Of a stretch of 64,000 nt of DNA, positions 53,516 to 62,983 are shown in pieces. The notes beneath the pieces are model-generated. The model saw only the letters and a list, made by a program, of their open reading frames with translations, was not told the origin of the DNA and ran no database searches. The DNA lies in assembly GCF_032066555.1 (NCBI RefSeq), contig NZ_DAMBKV010000003.1, positions 214,300 through 278,299 of the forward strand, given 5' to 3'. How positions within the stretch are numbered: the first letter of the stretch is position 1; each line of letters begins with the position of its first letter. A program made the translations under genes and the position numbers. The stretch is from Stenotrophomonas sp. (GTDB lineage: Bacteria; Pseudomonadota; Gammaproteobacteria; Xanthomonadales; Xanthomonadaceae).

Positions 53516-54262
53516 CTACCGGTCACACGCGCCGTGGTGAACAGCCCAGCGCGCAAGCCCATCCAGCACCAATGCCGGTCGGTAGTCGGCGTCGGGCAGC
53601 AAGGGCAGCAAGGGCAGCAACGGCAACGCGCCGCCACCATGCACCACCAAGGCCGGCGCACTGCCCAGCAGTAGCTGCGCCTGGCGCAGGCTGCGCTCGA
53701 CCAGTGCCACGGCGGCGCCATCGCAGCCGGACGCAAGCGCATCGGCGGTGTCGTTGGCGAACTCGGCGTAGTCACCGCCCGTGGCGGGCAGCTGCACGGC
53801 GCGCGCGTGCAGGGCTTCACGCATCACCGTTGGCGACGCACCAATGCGGCCACCACGGTGCAGGCCATCCGCGTCGATCAGATCGATGGTAAGGGCGGTG
53901 CCGACACCGACCACCAGCACCGATTGCTGTGCCGGTGCCACCGCCAGCAATCCCAGGAAACGGTCCACGCCGAATTTCTCGGGGCGTGCATAGGCCACGG
54001 TCACGCCCGCACATTGCGGCAGGGTCCTGGCCACCTGCACCTTGGCGAAGCGGGCCTGCAGCATCTGCATGACTTCTTCGGTCAAGGTCGCCGAAGCAAC
54101 GCTGGCTACCCAGGCGGTATCGCCTTGCGGCAGGGCTTCCAACGCGCTGGCAGTCATCGCCTCGGCGCCATGCGCCCAGGCCTGCACGCTACCGGCGCGA
54201 GTACCGTGCAACGGTGCGAATTTGAAACGCGAATTACCCAGGTCAAACAACCAATCGCTCAT
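53516..54262 (-). CDS. coaX: type III pantothenate kinase
   Basis: MSDWLFDLGNSRFKFA shows the DxGNS/T motif, with GVGTALTIDLI further along. 4-nt overlap with birA. Confidence 0.9.
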   Translation of the reverse strand: MSDWLFDLGNSRFKFAPLHGTRAGSVQAWAHGAEAMTASALEALPQGDTAWVASVASATLTEEVMQMLQARFAKVQVARTLPQCAGVTVAYARPEKFGVDRFLGLLAVAPAQQSVLVVGVGTALTIDLIDADGLHRGGRIGASPTVMREALHARAVQLPATGGDYAEFANDTADALASGCDGAAVALVERSLRQAQLLLGSAPALVVHGGGALPLLPLLPLLPDADYRPALVLDGLARWAVHHGACDR

Positions 54263-55224
54263 GCCGCCCTCACGCTGACTTCGCCGGCATGGAAACAGGT
54301 TTCCCGCCCATCAATCTCCACCTGCAATGCGCCGTCCTCGGCCAGCCCACAGGCCACGCCATCGTGCAGTACACCGGCCTCCTCCACCCGCACCGCGCGG
54401 CCCTGGAGTACATCCATGGTCGCGTAGCGTGGCAGGAACGGCGCCAGGCCATGCTGCTCGAACTGTTCCAGTGCCGGCAGCAGCGAAGCCAGCAAGGCCG
54501 CCGCCACGGTGTTGCGCGATACCTGGGCACCAGCCAGCGTATCCAGATCGGTCCAGGGCTGGCTGATGTCGGCAGCGCTGGCCTGCGGCATGCGTACGTT
54601 CAAACCCAGTCCGATCACCGCCCGCGCCGGCCCGGCGAATTCGCCACCGCCTTCGACCAGCAGGCCACCGAGCTTATGGCCGTCCACGACCACGTCATTG
54701 GGCCATTTCAACCCGGCATGCTTGAAACCCAGCGCATGCAGCGCCTCCACCACCGCCACGCCGACCGCCAGGCTCAGCCCGCCCATCCGCGACAGGCCGC
54801 CGCCGAAGCCGCGCGACAGTGAAAGATAGATGTGTGCGGCCAGCGGCGAGGCCCAATGGCGGCCGCGACGGCCGCGGCCTCCGGTCTGGCGTTCGGCCAG
54901 CAGCACCGCGGTTCCGCGCTCAGGCGCGCTGCGCTGCAGCAATTCGGTGTTGGTCGAGCTCAAAGTCCACGCTGTTTCCAACCCGGACAGCAGCGGCAGT
55001 ACCGCCGCCGGCAGGGCTGCGCGGATCTGTTGCGGGTCCAGCAATTCCAGCGGCTGGGCCAGCCGATAGCCGTCGCCAGCGCGCCCTTCGATCACCACGC
55101 CAGCAGCGCGCAGCCCTTGAATACGCTTCCAGACGGCCGCCCGGGTCAATCCCAGCTCACGCGCCAGCGCATCGCCGGACAACGCCCCGGCACCCAGCTT
55201 GGCCAGCAATTGGCGGTCATCCAC
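54259..55224 (-). CDS. birA: bifunctional biotin--[acetyl-CoA-carboxylase] ligase / biotin operon repressor
   Basis: The N-terminal wHTH reads SGDALARELGLTRAAVWKRIQGLRAAGVVI. The ligase motif is ERQTGGRGRRGRHWASP (GRGRxGR), followed by KWPNDV. GTG 55224 is preceded by GAGGA, giving 321 aa; the ORF-track TTG start is at 55263. Confidence 0.9.
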   Translation of the reverse strand: MDDRQLLAKLGAGALSGDALARELGLTRAAVWKRIQGLRAAGVVIEGRAGDGYRLAQPLELLDPQQIRAALPAAVLPLLSGLETAWTLSSTNTELLQRSAPERGTAVLLAERQTGGRGRRGRHWASPLAAHIYLSLSRGFGGGLSRMGGLSLAVGVAVVEALHALGFKHAGLKWPNDVVVDGHKLGGLLVEGGGEFAGPARAVIGLGLNVRMPQASAADISQPWTDLDTLAGAQVSRNTVAAALLASLLPALEQFEQHGLAPFLPRYATMDVLQGRAVRVEEAGVLHDGVACGLAEDGALQVEIDGRETCFHAGEVSVRAA

Positions 55225-55340
55225 AGCAGCTTCCTCACAACAGACCGGGAAATTATGCGGCAAGGCCCGGGGAGCGCCCAGCGTCGGCTCCCAATTCCGG
55301 AGAAAAAGCAGGCTAGAATCGGAAATTCGCCCGCCCTTGG

Positions 55341-55637
55341 ATGTTGACGATGCGCCACCTCGCTCATTGCCTGATCCTGCTGCTGGCGCCGGTTGCAGCG
55401 CAGGCTTCGGACGCGCTCGGCGGCGCTGGCCAAAGTGCGTGCAGCTACGCGCCGGCCGAAGTGGAGCGGGTGGCGGCCCCGGCCGCCGCGGTTGGCATCG
55501 CCAACGCCCCGCCGGCCACCCCGGCCCCGGCCAAGACCGCTACCCCGCGTGCTGCCGGTGGTGGAAGCGATGAGGATCTGCTGCCGCGCCTGCGCGCACC
55601 GCGCTGGCACCGCTTGTTGCCCGGGATGTTCCGCTGA
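55341..55637 (+). CDS. small secreted hypothetical protein (Ala/Pro-rich)
   Basis: 98 aa with signal peptide MLTMRHLAHCLILLLAPVAAQA. The remainder is low-complexity. The coding status is plausible but weakly supported. Confidence 0.45.
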   Translation: MLTMRHLAHCLILLLAPVAAQASDALGGAGQSACSYAPAEVERVAAPAAAVGIANAPPATPAPAKTATPRAAGGGSDEDLLPRLRAPRWHRLLPGMFR

Positions 55638-55645
55638 TCCAGTCG

Positions 55646-56392
55646 TTGCTGCGCTGGTGGCAGCGCACGCCGCCTCCACTTGATGACGCACTCTGGCAGC
55701 AGACCTGCCGGCACTGCCTGTGGTTGTCCACGTTGTCCGCCGAGCGCGAGCGCAAGCTGCGGGCGCTGGTAGAGCTGTTCCTGCAGCGCAAGACCATCAC
55801 CCCGGTTGCCGGGCTGGAGCTGGATGCCGGCCAGCGCATGCTGCTGGCAGCGCTGTGCTGCCTGCCGCTGATCGAGTTCGGTCGCGAAGGCCTGCATGGC
55901 TGGTCGGAACTGGTGGTCTACCCGGATGCATTCCGCGTGCGCCAGACCCATACCGATGCGGCCGGGGTATTGCACGAGTGGGACGACGAGCTGATCGGCG
56001 AGGCCTGGGGCAGCGGCCCACTGATCCTGTCGTGGGCCGATGTGCAGGCTGACATCGCCGATCCGCAGGCCGGCTTCTGCGTGGCCGTGCATGAGATGGC
56101 GCACAAGATCGATGCGCTGGATGGCGCCATCGATGGCACACCGCCGCTGCCGCGCGAATGGCAGCGGCAATGGGCGCGGGATTTCCAGCAGGCCTATGAC
56201 GCGTTCTGCGCGCAGGTGGATGCGGAGGTCGAAACCGTGATTGACCCCTATGCGGCGGAAGCGCCGGAGGAGTTTTTTGCGGTAGTCAGTGAGTACCACT
56301 TCTCCGCACCGGAACTGCTGGCGGAGACAATGCCGGCGGTGGCCGCGCATCTGCGGCGGTTTTATGGGCCGGTTGAGGCTGCGCTGCGGTAG
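55646..56392 (+). CDS. mtfA: MtfA-like zinc metallopeptidase (M90 family)
   Basis: 248 aa with FCVAVHEMAHKID (HExxH) and ...EEFFAVVSEYHF. The overall layout matches the glucose-regulated MtfA family. TTG start. Confidence 0.8.
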   Translation: MLRWWQRTPPPLDDALWQQTCRHCLWLSTLSAERERKLRALVELFLQRKTITPVAGLELDAGQRMLLAALCCLPLIEFGREGLHGWSELVVYPDAFRVRQTHTDAAGVLHEWDDELIGEAWGSGPLILSWADVQADIADPQAGFCVAVHEMAHKIDALDGAIDGTPPLPREWQRQWARDFQQAYDAFCAQVDAEVETVIDPYAAEAPEEFFAVVSEYHFSAPELLAETMPAVAAHLRRFYGPVEAALR

Positions 56393-56421
56393 AGCTAGAG
56401 CTAGAGCAGGATCAAAAGCGA

Positions 56422-56528
56422 ACCCCTCCCCGGCCCTCCCCTACGCACTGCGTGCGCAAGGGAGGGAGCAGGCTTCGCCCCCTCCCTTTGGCGCAGCCAA
56501 GGGGAGGGTTGGGGAGGGGTCGGTTTTT
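56422..56528. repeat. nested G/C-rich palindromic element followed by T5 (REP-like; probable mtfA/phoQ convergent terminator)
   Basis: The outer perfect 10-bp stem ACCCCTCCCC (56422-31) / GGGGAGGGGT (56511-20) encloses two inner hairpins (CCCTCCC...GGGAGGG and CCCTCCCTTTGG...CCAAGGGGAGGG). TTTTT follows at 56524-28. Confidence 0.6.
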
Positions 56529-56604
56529 GACTTTGCCTTCAGCTCAAGCGCAAGAAGCACCAAGAACACGCACGCGGCCGGCAATTCCCAGGCCTGTTCC
56601 GGAA

Positions 56605-58035
56605 CTAGATACCCGGCGGCAAGGTCACTTCAAAACGGGCGCCGCCCAGCTCTTCCGAACGCTTGACCTGCAGTTCACCGCGATAGGCCTTGATCAGGTC
56701 CTGCACGATCGACAGACCAATGCCGTGGCCCTGCACGCGCTCATCGCCGCGCACGCCACGCTGCAGCACCTTGGCGATATTGTCCTCGGCAATGCCCGGG
56801 CCATCATCGTCCACTGCCAACGCCAGGCCTGCGCGCTTGCCATTGCCAGCGGTGATCGGCTTGGCGGTCAGCAGCACGCGTCGGTTGGCCCACTTGAAGG
56901 CGTTCTCCAACAGGTTGCCCAGCAGTTCCTGCAGGTCGCCCGGCTCGCCGTAGAAGTTCACCCCCGGCGCCACCTCGAACTCGCAGAACACGCCCTTGGC
57001 GGCGTAGACCTTCTCCAGCCCGCGCACGATTTCCTCGGCCGTGGTTTCGATCGGCACCGGCGCGGAGAACAGCTTGTGCCCGGACGATGCCGCGCGTGCC
57101 AGCTGGTAGGACACCAGGTTGTTCATGCGCTGCAACTGCACGCCCACTTCCTCGCGCAGCTCGCTCTCATTGCTGGTACCGCTTTCCAACTCGTTGCGCA
57201 GCACCGCCAGCGGTGTCTTCAGGCTGTGCGCCAGATCGGCCAGGGTATTGCGCTGGCGCTCCAGGTTCTCGCGCTCGCTCTCGATGAAGGCGTTGATGCT
57301 TTCGGTCAGCGGCTCCAGCTCGCGCGGATGCAGTTCGCTCATGCGTTCGCGTTCGCCGCGCTGCACGCGGGTCAGTTCGTTGATCACGCGCTTGAGCGGG
57401 CGCAGGCTCCACTGCAGCACCAGCGTCTGCAGCAGTAGCAGGATCAGGCCGGTAACACCCAGCCAGAACCACACCGCCGCACGGAAACTGCGCAGCTGCA
57501 TGCCCAGCGCGCGCGAATCCTCAAGCACATAGATGGTGTACGGGAACTCGGATTCGGGCGCGCCATCGCCGCCCCATACCAGGCCCATGCCGTAGCGATA
57601 GACCTCGCCGGGCGTGCCGTCGATCTGGGTGATGGGCAAGGGACCTTCGAATACTTCCTCGCGCGGCTTGAGCGTGTGCTCGCTCACGTCCGGCAGCATC
57701 GGGCCTTCGGCCGACATCGAGTTGGCGACATGGCCGGGCATCACCACCTGCAGGTACAGGCCGCTGCCGGGCACATCGAAACGCGGATCCGGTGGCTGTT
57801 CGCGGATGTACAGCGAGCCATCACGGGTGAAATCGATGCCACCGGCATAGGCGGTGGCGTAGTTCTTCAGGCGCTCGCTGAGGTTGTCACGCGCTGTCTG
57901 GCCAAAGGCCGCATCCAGCGCGTAACCGGCCAGGGCCAGGAAGGCCACCAGGCCCACCGACGCCGCCAACAGCTGGCGGGCCTGCAGGGAGCGGGGCCGC
58001 CAACGCTTCAATAGCCACTGACGGCCCGTCATCAC
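56605..58035 (-). CDS. phoQ: two-component sensor histidine kinase (PhoQ-like)
   Basis: It has two TM helices flanking a periplasmic domain, then HAMP. The H-box is LADLAHSLKTPLAVL. The HATPase motifs are LLGNLLENAFKWA, DDDGPGI and GHGIGLSIV. It lies downstream of phoP. Confidence 0.8.
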   Translation of the reverse strand: MMTGRQWLLKRWRPRSLQARQLLAASVGLVAFLALAGYALDAAFGQTARDNLSERLKNYATAYAGGIDFTRDGSLYIREQPPDPRFDVPGSGLYLQVVMPGHVANSMSAEGPMLPDVSEHTLKPREEVFEGPLPITQIDGTPGEVYRYGMGLVWGGDGAPESEFPYTIYVLEDSRALGMQLRSFRAAVWFWLGVTGLILLLLQTLVLQWSLRPLKRVINELTRVQRGERERMSELHPRELEPLTESINAFIESERENLERQRNTLADLAHSLKTPLAVLRNELESGTSNESELREEVGVQLQRMNNLVSYQLARAASSGHKLFSAPVPIETTAEEIVRGLEKVYAAKGVFCEFEVAPGVNFYGEPGDLQELLGNLLENAFKWANRRVLLTAKPITAGNGKRAGLALAVDDDGPGIAEDNIAKVLQRGVRGDERVQGHGIGLSIVQDLIKAYRGELQVKRSEELGGARFEVTLPPGI

Positions 58036-58055
58036 GCTCTACCCCTTGGCGGGGC

Positions 58056-58739
58056 TCAGCCCTCGTTGCGCGGAATCGCGAAGCGGTAGCCGCGACCACG
58101 CACGGTTTCGATCGGCTTGAGCTCGCCGTCCGGGTCCAGCTTCTTGCGCAGACGGCCGATGAACACTTCCAGCACGTTCGAGTCGCGGTCGAAATCCTGC
58201 TGGTAGATGTGCTCGGTCAGGTCGGCCTTGGAGACCAGCTCACCGGCATGCATCATCAGGTATTCCAGTACCTTGTACTCGTAGCTGGTCAGGTCGACAT
58301 TGCTGCCGGCCACGCTCACCGTCTGGGCGGCCAGATCCAGCGCCACCGGGCCACATTCCAGGGTCGGCTTGGACCAGCCAGCGGCGCGGCGCAGCAGCGC
58401 GTTGACGCGGGCCAGCAGCTCTTCCACATGGAACGGCTTGACCAGGTAGTCATCGGCGCCCTGCTTCAGGCCCTCGACCTTGTCCTGCCAGCTGGAACGT
58501 GCGGTCAGGATCAGCACCGGGAATTTCTTGCCCTCGTCACGCAGCGCGCGGATCAGCTCCATGCCCGACATCTTGGGCAGGCCCAGATCGATGATGCCCA
58601 CGTCGAACGGCACTTCGCGGCCCATATACAGGCCTTCCTCGCCATCCTGAGCGGCATCCACGGCAAAACCTTCGCGCTTGAGGCGGGCCGCAAGGGTTTC
58701 CCGCAGCGGGGCTTCGTCTTCAACCAGAAGGATACGCAT
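58056..58739 (-). CDS. phoP: OmpR-family response regulator (PhoP-like)
   Basis: MRILLVEDEAPLRETLAARLKREGF...IIDLGLPKMSGMELI...ADDYLVKPF plus a winged-helix C-terminus LTSYEYKVLEYLM...IETVRGRGY. Confidence 0.85.
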   Translation of the reverse strand: MRILLVEDEAPLRETLAARLKREGFAVDAAQDGEEGLYMGREVPFDVGIIDLGLPKMSGMELIRALRDEGKKFPVLILTARSSWQDKVEGLKQGADDYLVKPFHVEELLARVNALLRRAAGWSKPTLECGPVALDLAAQTVSVAGSNVDLTSYEYKVLEYLMMHAGELVSKADLTEHIYQQDFDRDSNVLEVFIGRLRKKLDPDGELKPIETVRGRGYRFAIPRNEG

Positions 58740-58812
58740 GAACTCTCCCTAGTACTTTGGGCCGGCCAAGCGGCCAGCGTGTGTATTCAAAACCCACAAC
58801 CACTATCGCTGT

Positions 58813-59202
58813 TCAGGAGTTATCGCCGCGTGGTGGCAGCTCCGCCCGCTGGTCGCGCGGGTGGTCTCGTGAAGGCGAAGGGTCGTCCATGTAGCGTACG
58901 CGCCCACGGTCATCCATGTATTTGACACGATTGATGTCGCGGCCGTCATACGGCACGCGCTCGGCGCCAAGAATGCGCCCACCGGTCTCGCGTTGCACGC
59001 GCCGCACGGCATCGGACAGCGAGCGGTCTGCACCGCCCTGACGGCCCGCGCGTGCAACGCGCTCACCGCCGTCCATGCCACGGGCGTGCTCGCCCCGCGA
59101 TTGTTGCGGCTGCTGCGCCGACGCCACGACCACGCCCGGACCGGCCACGACCAACGTGGCAATCAGGGCGACCAGCAGACGACGACGGGAAAGCGAATGC
59201 AT
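58813..59202 (-). CDS. small secreted PepSY-like protein upstream of phoPQ
   Basis: The start MHSLSRRRLLVALIATLVVAG gives a signal peptide. The segment SLSDAVRRVQRETGGRILGAERVPYDGRDINRVKYMDDRGRVRY is PepSY-like. Confidence 0.6.
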   Translation of the reverse strand: MHSLSRRRLLVALIATLVVAGPGVVVASAQQPQQSRGEHARGMDGGERVARAGRQGGADRSLSDAVRRVQRETGGRILGAERVPYDGRDINRVKYMDDRGRVRYMDDPSPSRDHPRDQRAELPPRGDNS

Positions 59203-59233
59203 GGGACAGATCCTAGCGGACGGCGAGGCAACG

Positions 59234-59250
59234 TTCAAAATTCGTAAACC
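59234..59250 (-). promoter_or_regulatory. weak PhoP-box-like direct repeat upstream of the PepSY-phoPQ operon
   Basis: The minus strand reads GGTTTA-CGAAT-TTTGAA against the (T/G)GTTTA-N5-(T/G)GTTTA consensus. The first half matches and the second is 3/6. It lies only 32-48 nt upstream of the ATG. Confidence 0.2.
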
Positions 59251-59401
59251 ACGACCCCTGAAAATTTCCCCGAGGCCTTACGAAATCGAGCCAAATTCTT
59301 GATTTTTAGGGGTGAATCCGATCTGAACCCGTCCCCTCGCCCTGCCTACTCGTTCAGCAAGCTGACCAAACATGTCCTGCGGCGCCGCCTCCATCGACCG
59401 C

Positions 59402-60415
59402 TCAGGCAACCCGTGCGGCCTGCTGGCGGGTGACCTCCAATGCCTGCTCGACCAGTGCCCAGTCGGCACCCGGCCGGTGCGCGCCCTCGCTGAGCACCTG
59501 GCGGAAACCGCGTCCACCCGGCTGGCCATGGAACAGGCCGAGCACGTGGCGGGTGATGTGCTTCAAGGCCAGGCCGGCACCCAGCTGTGCCTCGACATAG
59601 GGCCGCAGCGCAACCAGCAGTTCCTCGCGGCCGCGCAGCGGCTGCCCGGTCTGCGCGCAGTCCAGGGCATGCAGCACGTAGGGGTCGTGATAGGCCGCGC
59701 GGCCGAGCATCACCCCGTCCATGTGCTGCATGTGCTGCTGTGCGGCCTCGACCGTGGCGATGCCACCGTTGATCACCAACGGCAGCGTCGGACGCTCACG
59801 CTTGAGCTGGTAGGCCCATTCATAGCGGAGCGGCGGGATCTGGCGGTTTTCCTTGGGCGACAAGCCCTTGAGCCAGGCATTGCGGGCATGCACCACCACC
59901 ATCGCGGCGCCGGCCTGGACCTGCCGATCCACAAAACCGGCAAACACGTCGTAGTCCTTGTCCTCGTCCACACCCAGGCGGCATTTGACCGTGATCGGGA
60001 TATCCACCGCCGCCACCATCGCCGCGACGCATTCAGCAACCAATTCAGGTTCACGCATCAGGCAGGCACCGAAGCGCCCGGCCTGGACCCGGTCAGACGG
60101 GCAGCCACAATTGAGGTTGACCTCGTCATAGCCCCACTCGGCGGCAATTCGGGCAGCCTGGGCCAGCGCATCGGGATCGCTGCCACCCAGCTGCAGGGCC
60201 AGCGGCTGCTCGACCGGGTTGAAACCGATAAGCCGCTCGCGGTCGCCATGGATCACCGCATTGGCATGCACCATCTCGGTATACAGCCGCGCGCCCGGCG
60301 CCAACAGCCGGTGGAACACCCGGCAATGCCGATCCGTCCAGTCCATCATCGGGGCGACGGACAGGCGCAGGGAGTCGGCGTAGCGGGTGGCAGGCGAGGC
60401 GGAAAGCTGGGACAT
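59402..60415 (-). CDS. dusA: tRNA-dihydrouridine(20/20a) synthase
   Basis: The start is MSQLSASPATRYADSLRLSVAPMMDWTDRHCRVFHRLL..., with LQLGGSDP, EVNLNCGCPSDRV and the TIM-barrel Dus motifs. Confidence 0.9.
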   Translation of the reverse strand: MSQLSASPATRYADSLRLSVAPMMDWTDRHCRVFHRLLAPGARLYTEMVHANAVIHGDRERLIGFNPVEQPLALQLGGSDPDALAQAARIAAEWGYDEVNLNCGCPSDRVQAGRFGACLMREPELVAECVAAMVAAVDIPITVKCRLGVDEDKDYDVFAGFVDRQVQAGAAMVVVHARNAWLKGLSPKENRQIPPLRYEWAYQLKRERPTLPLVINGGIATVEAAQQHMQHMDGVMLGRAAYHDPYVLHALDCAQTGQPLRGREELLVALRPYVEAQLGAGLALKHITRHVLGLFHGQPGGRGFRQVLSEGAHRPGADWALVEQALEVTRQQAARVA

Positions 60416-60752
60416 GATCGGATCGAAAGTCAGATGGCTGTGCGGCCTCAACGGGCGCCAGCGGGGAACTCGGGCTGCAAAGAGTAAACGACCGGGCTGA
60501 ACCACGCCGCTCCGTGACCTCCGCAGCCACCCGACGGCCCCGTGCTGAACCACCACAACTCAGCCCAGGCAGGATGCATGGGCGCGTCCCGGTAGCTGAC
60601 CGTCTATCCCTGCCCCACCCCTGTCCACCGCCTCGTCGTGGGGTCGCGGCTGACGCATTTGCGCGGAACATCGCCCGGCGATTCAGCCCACTCTTACGGT
60701 CTGCGGCGATAACAGGCGGGTAAACGTCACCGATCACAGCACGAGCCGTCCC

Positions 60753-62579
60753 TTGGATACTGCCACCGCTCCCCGTTCCGACCTGCTGGCCGGGCTTTCC
60801 GACGCCCAACGCGACAGCCTGCTTGCCCGGATGCGGCGACTGCAGCTGCGCAAGGGCGAGCACCTGGTACGCCAGGGCGAGGCCGCCAATCATGTCTACT
60901 ACGTGCTGCGCGGGCGCTTTGAGGTGCTGCTCGGTGGCCGTCACCTGGTGGCCGAGATCGGAGCAGGGGAACCGGTCGGCGAGATCGCCTTCTTTGGTGG
61001 CCTGCCGCGTACCGCCGATGTGGTCGCCAGCCGCGACTCGGAGGTATTGGAACTCAGCCGCGACAGCTTTGAGCATGTGTCGGCGGCGCAGCCGGACTTC
61101 ACCCAGTCGATCCTGCGCATCCTTGGCCGACGCCTGGCCGCCACCACCTCGGCAGCGGCTGCGATGGCACCACGCATCGCCGATGCAATCGGGCTGTGCC
61201 CGGCCGGCAGCGCCCCCATCCCGGCGCAGCTGGTCGAACAACTGCTGCAGGCCTTGCAGGCCAGTGGCACCGCCGCCAGCGCCCTGCGTGCACGCGACCT
61301 GCCCGCCGACGTCGTCGCCGACAACGAGCAGCAGCTCTCGCAGTGGCTGGGCCTGCAGGAACACGCCGGCAACAAACTGGTGCTGGTCGCCGGCGATGGC
61401 AATGACGTCTGGGACCGCGCCGCGCTGCGCCACTGTGACCAGTTGCTGCTATGCGGCCGCCAGGACCTGGCGGAGGCCGGCCCGGTACCGCTGAGTGCGC
61501 TGGAAGCCTATGCCCTGCCCCTGTTCCGGCCGCGCCAGGTCGGCCTGCTGCTATGGCGCGAACAGGCCGGCGATGCCATCCGCCACACCCGTCATTGGCT
61601 GCAGGATCGGCCACTGCACTTGCACCATCATCTGGCATTGCAGCAACCACGCGACTACGCACGGGTGGCGCGGCTGCTGACCGGACGCGGGCTGGGTGCG
61701 GTACTGGGCGGCGGCGGTGCATTGGGTGCCGGCCATATCGGCACCTTGCGGGCGCTGTCCGAGGCCGGCATCGAACTGGACATCATCGGCGGCACTTCGA
61801 TTGGCTCGGTGGTCGGCCACGCTTACGCCGCCGGCCAGGACGCCGCGGCGATGATGCAGGACTACGAGCAGTTCTTCCTGCGCAACAAGGCGCTGGGGCG
61901 CTTCACCCTGCCCTGGTACAGCCTGCTCGACCACCGCCACCTGGATGCCTGCATGCAGGCACAGCTCGGCGATGCACGCCTGGAAGACCTGCCGCTGAAC
62001 TACTTCGCGGTGGGGGCCAACCTGTCCACCAACGAGTTGGAAGTGGTGCGCCACGGCCTGACCTGGCAGGCACTGCGCATTTCCACCGCCATCCCGGTGG
62101 CGCTGCCGCCGTGGATCAACGAACAAGGACAGGTGCTGGTCGATGGCGGGGTGATGAACAACGTGCCGATCTCGGTGATGCGCGCCATCAAGAGCGGGCC
62201 CAACATCGTGTCGATGCTGTCGCCGGGCAACGAGTGGCGGGTGCGGAGTGCCTACGGCAACGTACCATCGCGCCTGTCACTGGCCTGGCAGCTGCTGCGC
62301 GGGCGGCGCAAGGGCGATGACTTCCCGCGTATTGGTGAGGTGGCGGCGCGTTCGATGCAGATCACCTCCGGGCGCATGCTGCGCGGCACCGGTCTTGGCA
62401 GCGACCTGCTGCTGAAACCACCCACCGTCCCGGGCATGGGCCTGCTCGCCTTCAAGCTGGGCCGTGCGCAGGAACAGGCCGGTTATGAATACACGCTGCG
62501 TTTCCTCGACAAGGCCGGCGGCCTGGACGGCATCAACGCCTGGCGCCGCGGCGAAGTGATGCCCGAGTTCGAGGATTGA
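60753..62579 (+). CDS. cyclic-nucleotide-binding domain / patatin-like phospholipase fusion protein
   Basis: The N-terminal CAP-type cNMP domain reads LRKGEHLVRQGEAANHVYYVLRGRFEV...GEPVGEIAFFGGLPRTADVVA. The patatin domain has GAVLGGGGALGAGHIG (oxyanion GGGxxG), GTSIGSVVG (GxSxG) and VDGGVMNNVP (the DGG Asp of the dyad). TTG start. Confidence 0.85.
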   Translation: MDTATAPRSDLLAGLSDAQRDSLLARMRRLQLRKGEHLVRQGEAANHVYYVLRGRFEVLLGGRHLVAEIGAGEPVGEIAFFGGLPRTADVVASRDSEVLELSRDSFEHVSAAQPDFTQSILRILGRRLAATTSAAAAMAPRIADAIGLCPAGSAPIPAQLVEQLLQALQASGTAASALRARDLPADVVADNEQQLSQWLGLQEHAGNKLVLVAGDGNDVWDRAALRHCDQLLLCGRQDLAEAGPVPLSALEAYALPLFRPRQVGLLLWREQAGDAIRHTRHWLQDRPLHLHHHLALQQPRDYARVARLLTGRGLGAVLGGGGALGAGHIGTLRALSEAGIELDIIGGTSIGSVVGHAYAAGQDAAAMMQDYEQFFLRNKALGRFTLPWYSLLDHRHLDACMQAQLGDARLEDLPLNYFAVGANLSTNELEVVRHGLTWQALRISTAIPVALPPWINEQGQVLVDGGVMNNVPISVMRAIKSGPNIVSMLSPGNEWRVRSAYGNVPSRLSLAWQLLRGRRKGDDFPRIGEVAARSMQITSGRMLRGTGLGSDLLLKPPTVPGMGLLAFKLGRAQEQAGYEYTLRFLDKAGGLDGINAWRRGEVMPEFED

Positions 62580-62598
62580 TGCGGCGCAAGGCACGCGA

Positions 62599-62946
62599 TC
62601 AGGGCAAGGGGCCGAACACCATCAGCAAGGCCACCCACACAAATTTGCAGACGATGTGCAGCAGCTGGTCGACGTTGTAGCTGATGCGATGGCCGCACTT
62701 GAGGTCATCGATCAAAGCATGTGCCAGCGCCTCGAACAGGCCCAGCAACATGCTGCCGGTGACCCAGCCCACCACCCCACCGTGGATCACCGCATGCGCG
62801 CCCAATGCCTGGTACCACGGCACCCCGGCCAGCGGCGCGAAGCGGTTCTTGGCCCTGGACAGAAACTCGCCCTGCAACGGGTAATCCGCCAATGCATGGC
62901 CGACGATCAACAACACAAACGTGGTCAACGACGGAATCAGGGACAT
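62599..62946 (-). CDS. DUF3307-like small membrane protein
   Basis: 115 aa: LLIVGHALADYPLQGEFLSRAK...ALGAHAVIHGGVV...EALAHALIDDLKC. It is His-rich within TM segments and lies downstream of the cyclase gene on the same strand. Confidence 0.65.
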   Translation of the reverse strand: MSLIPSLTTFVLLIVGHALADYPLQGEFLSRAKNRFAPLAGVPWYQALGAHAVIHGGVVGWVTGSMLLGLFEALAHALIDDLKCGHRISYNVDQLLHIVCKFVWVALLMVFGPLP

Positions 62947-62983
62947 GTGCCGATCGGGTTCAGGTCAGGGGTTGAGTCTGGCA

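Noticed and set aside
53594-56410. Short tandem repeats (9-mer x3 in coaX; TAGAGC x3 after mtfA) considered as possible CRISPR or minisatellite arrays
   Set aside because: The repeat units are far too short and lack spacers, and no cas genes are in the window. They are reported only as minor tandem repeats.
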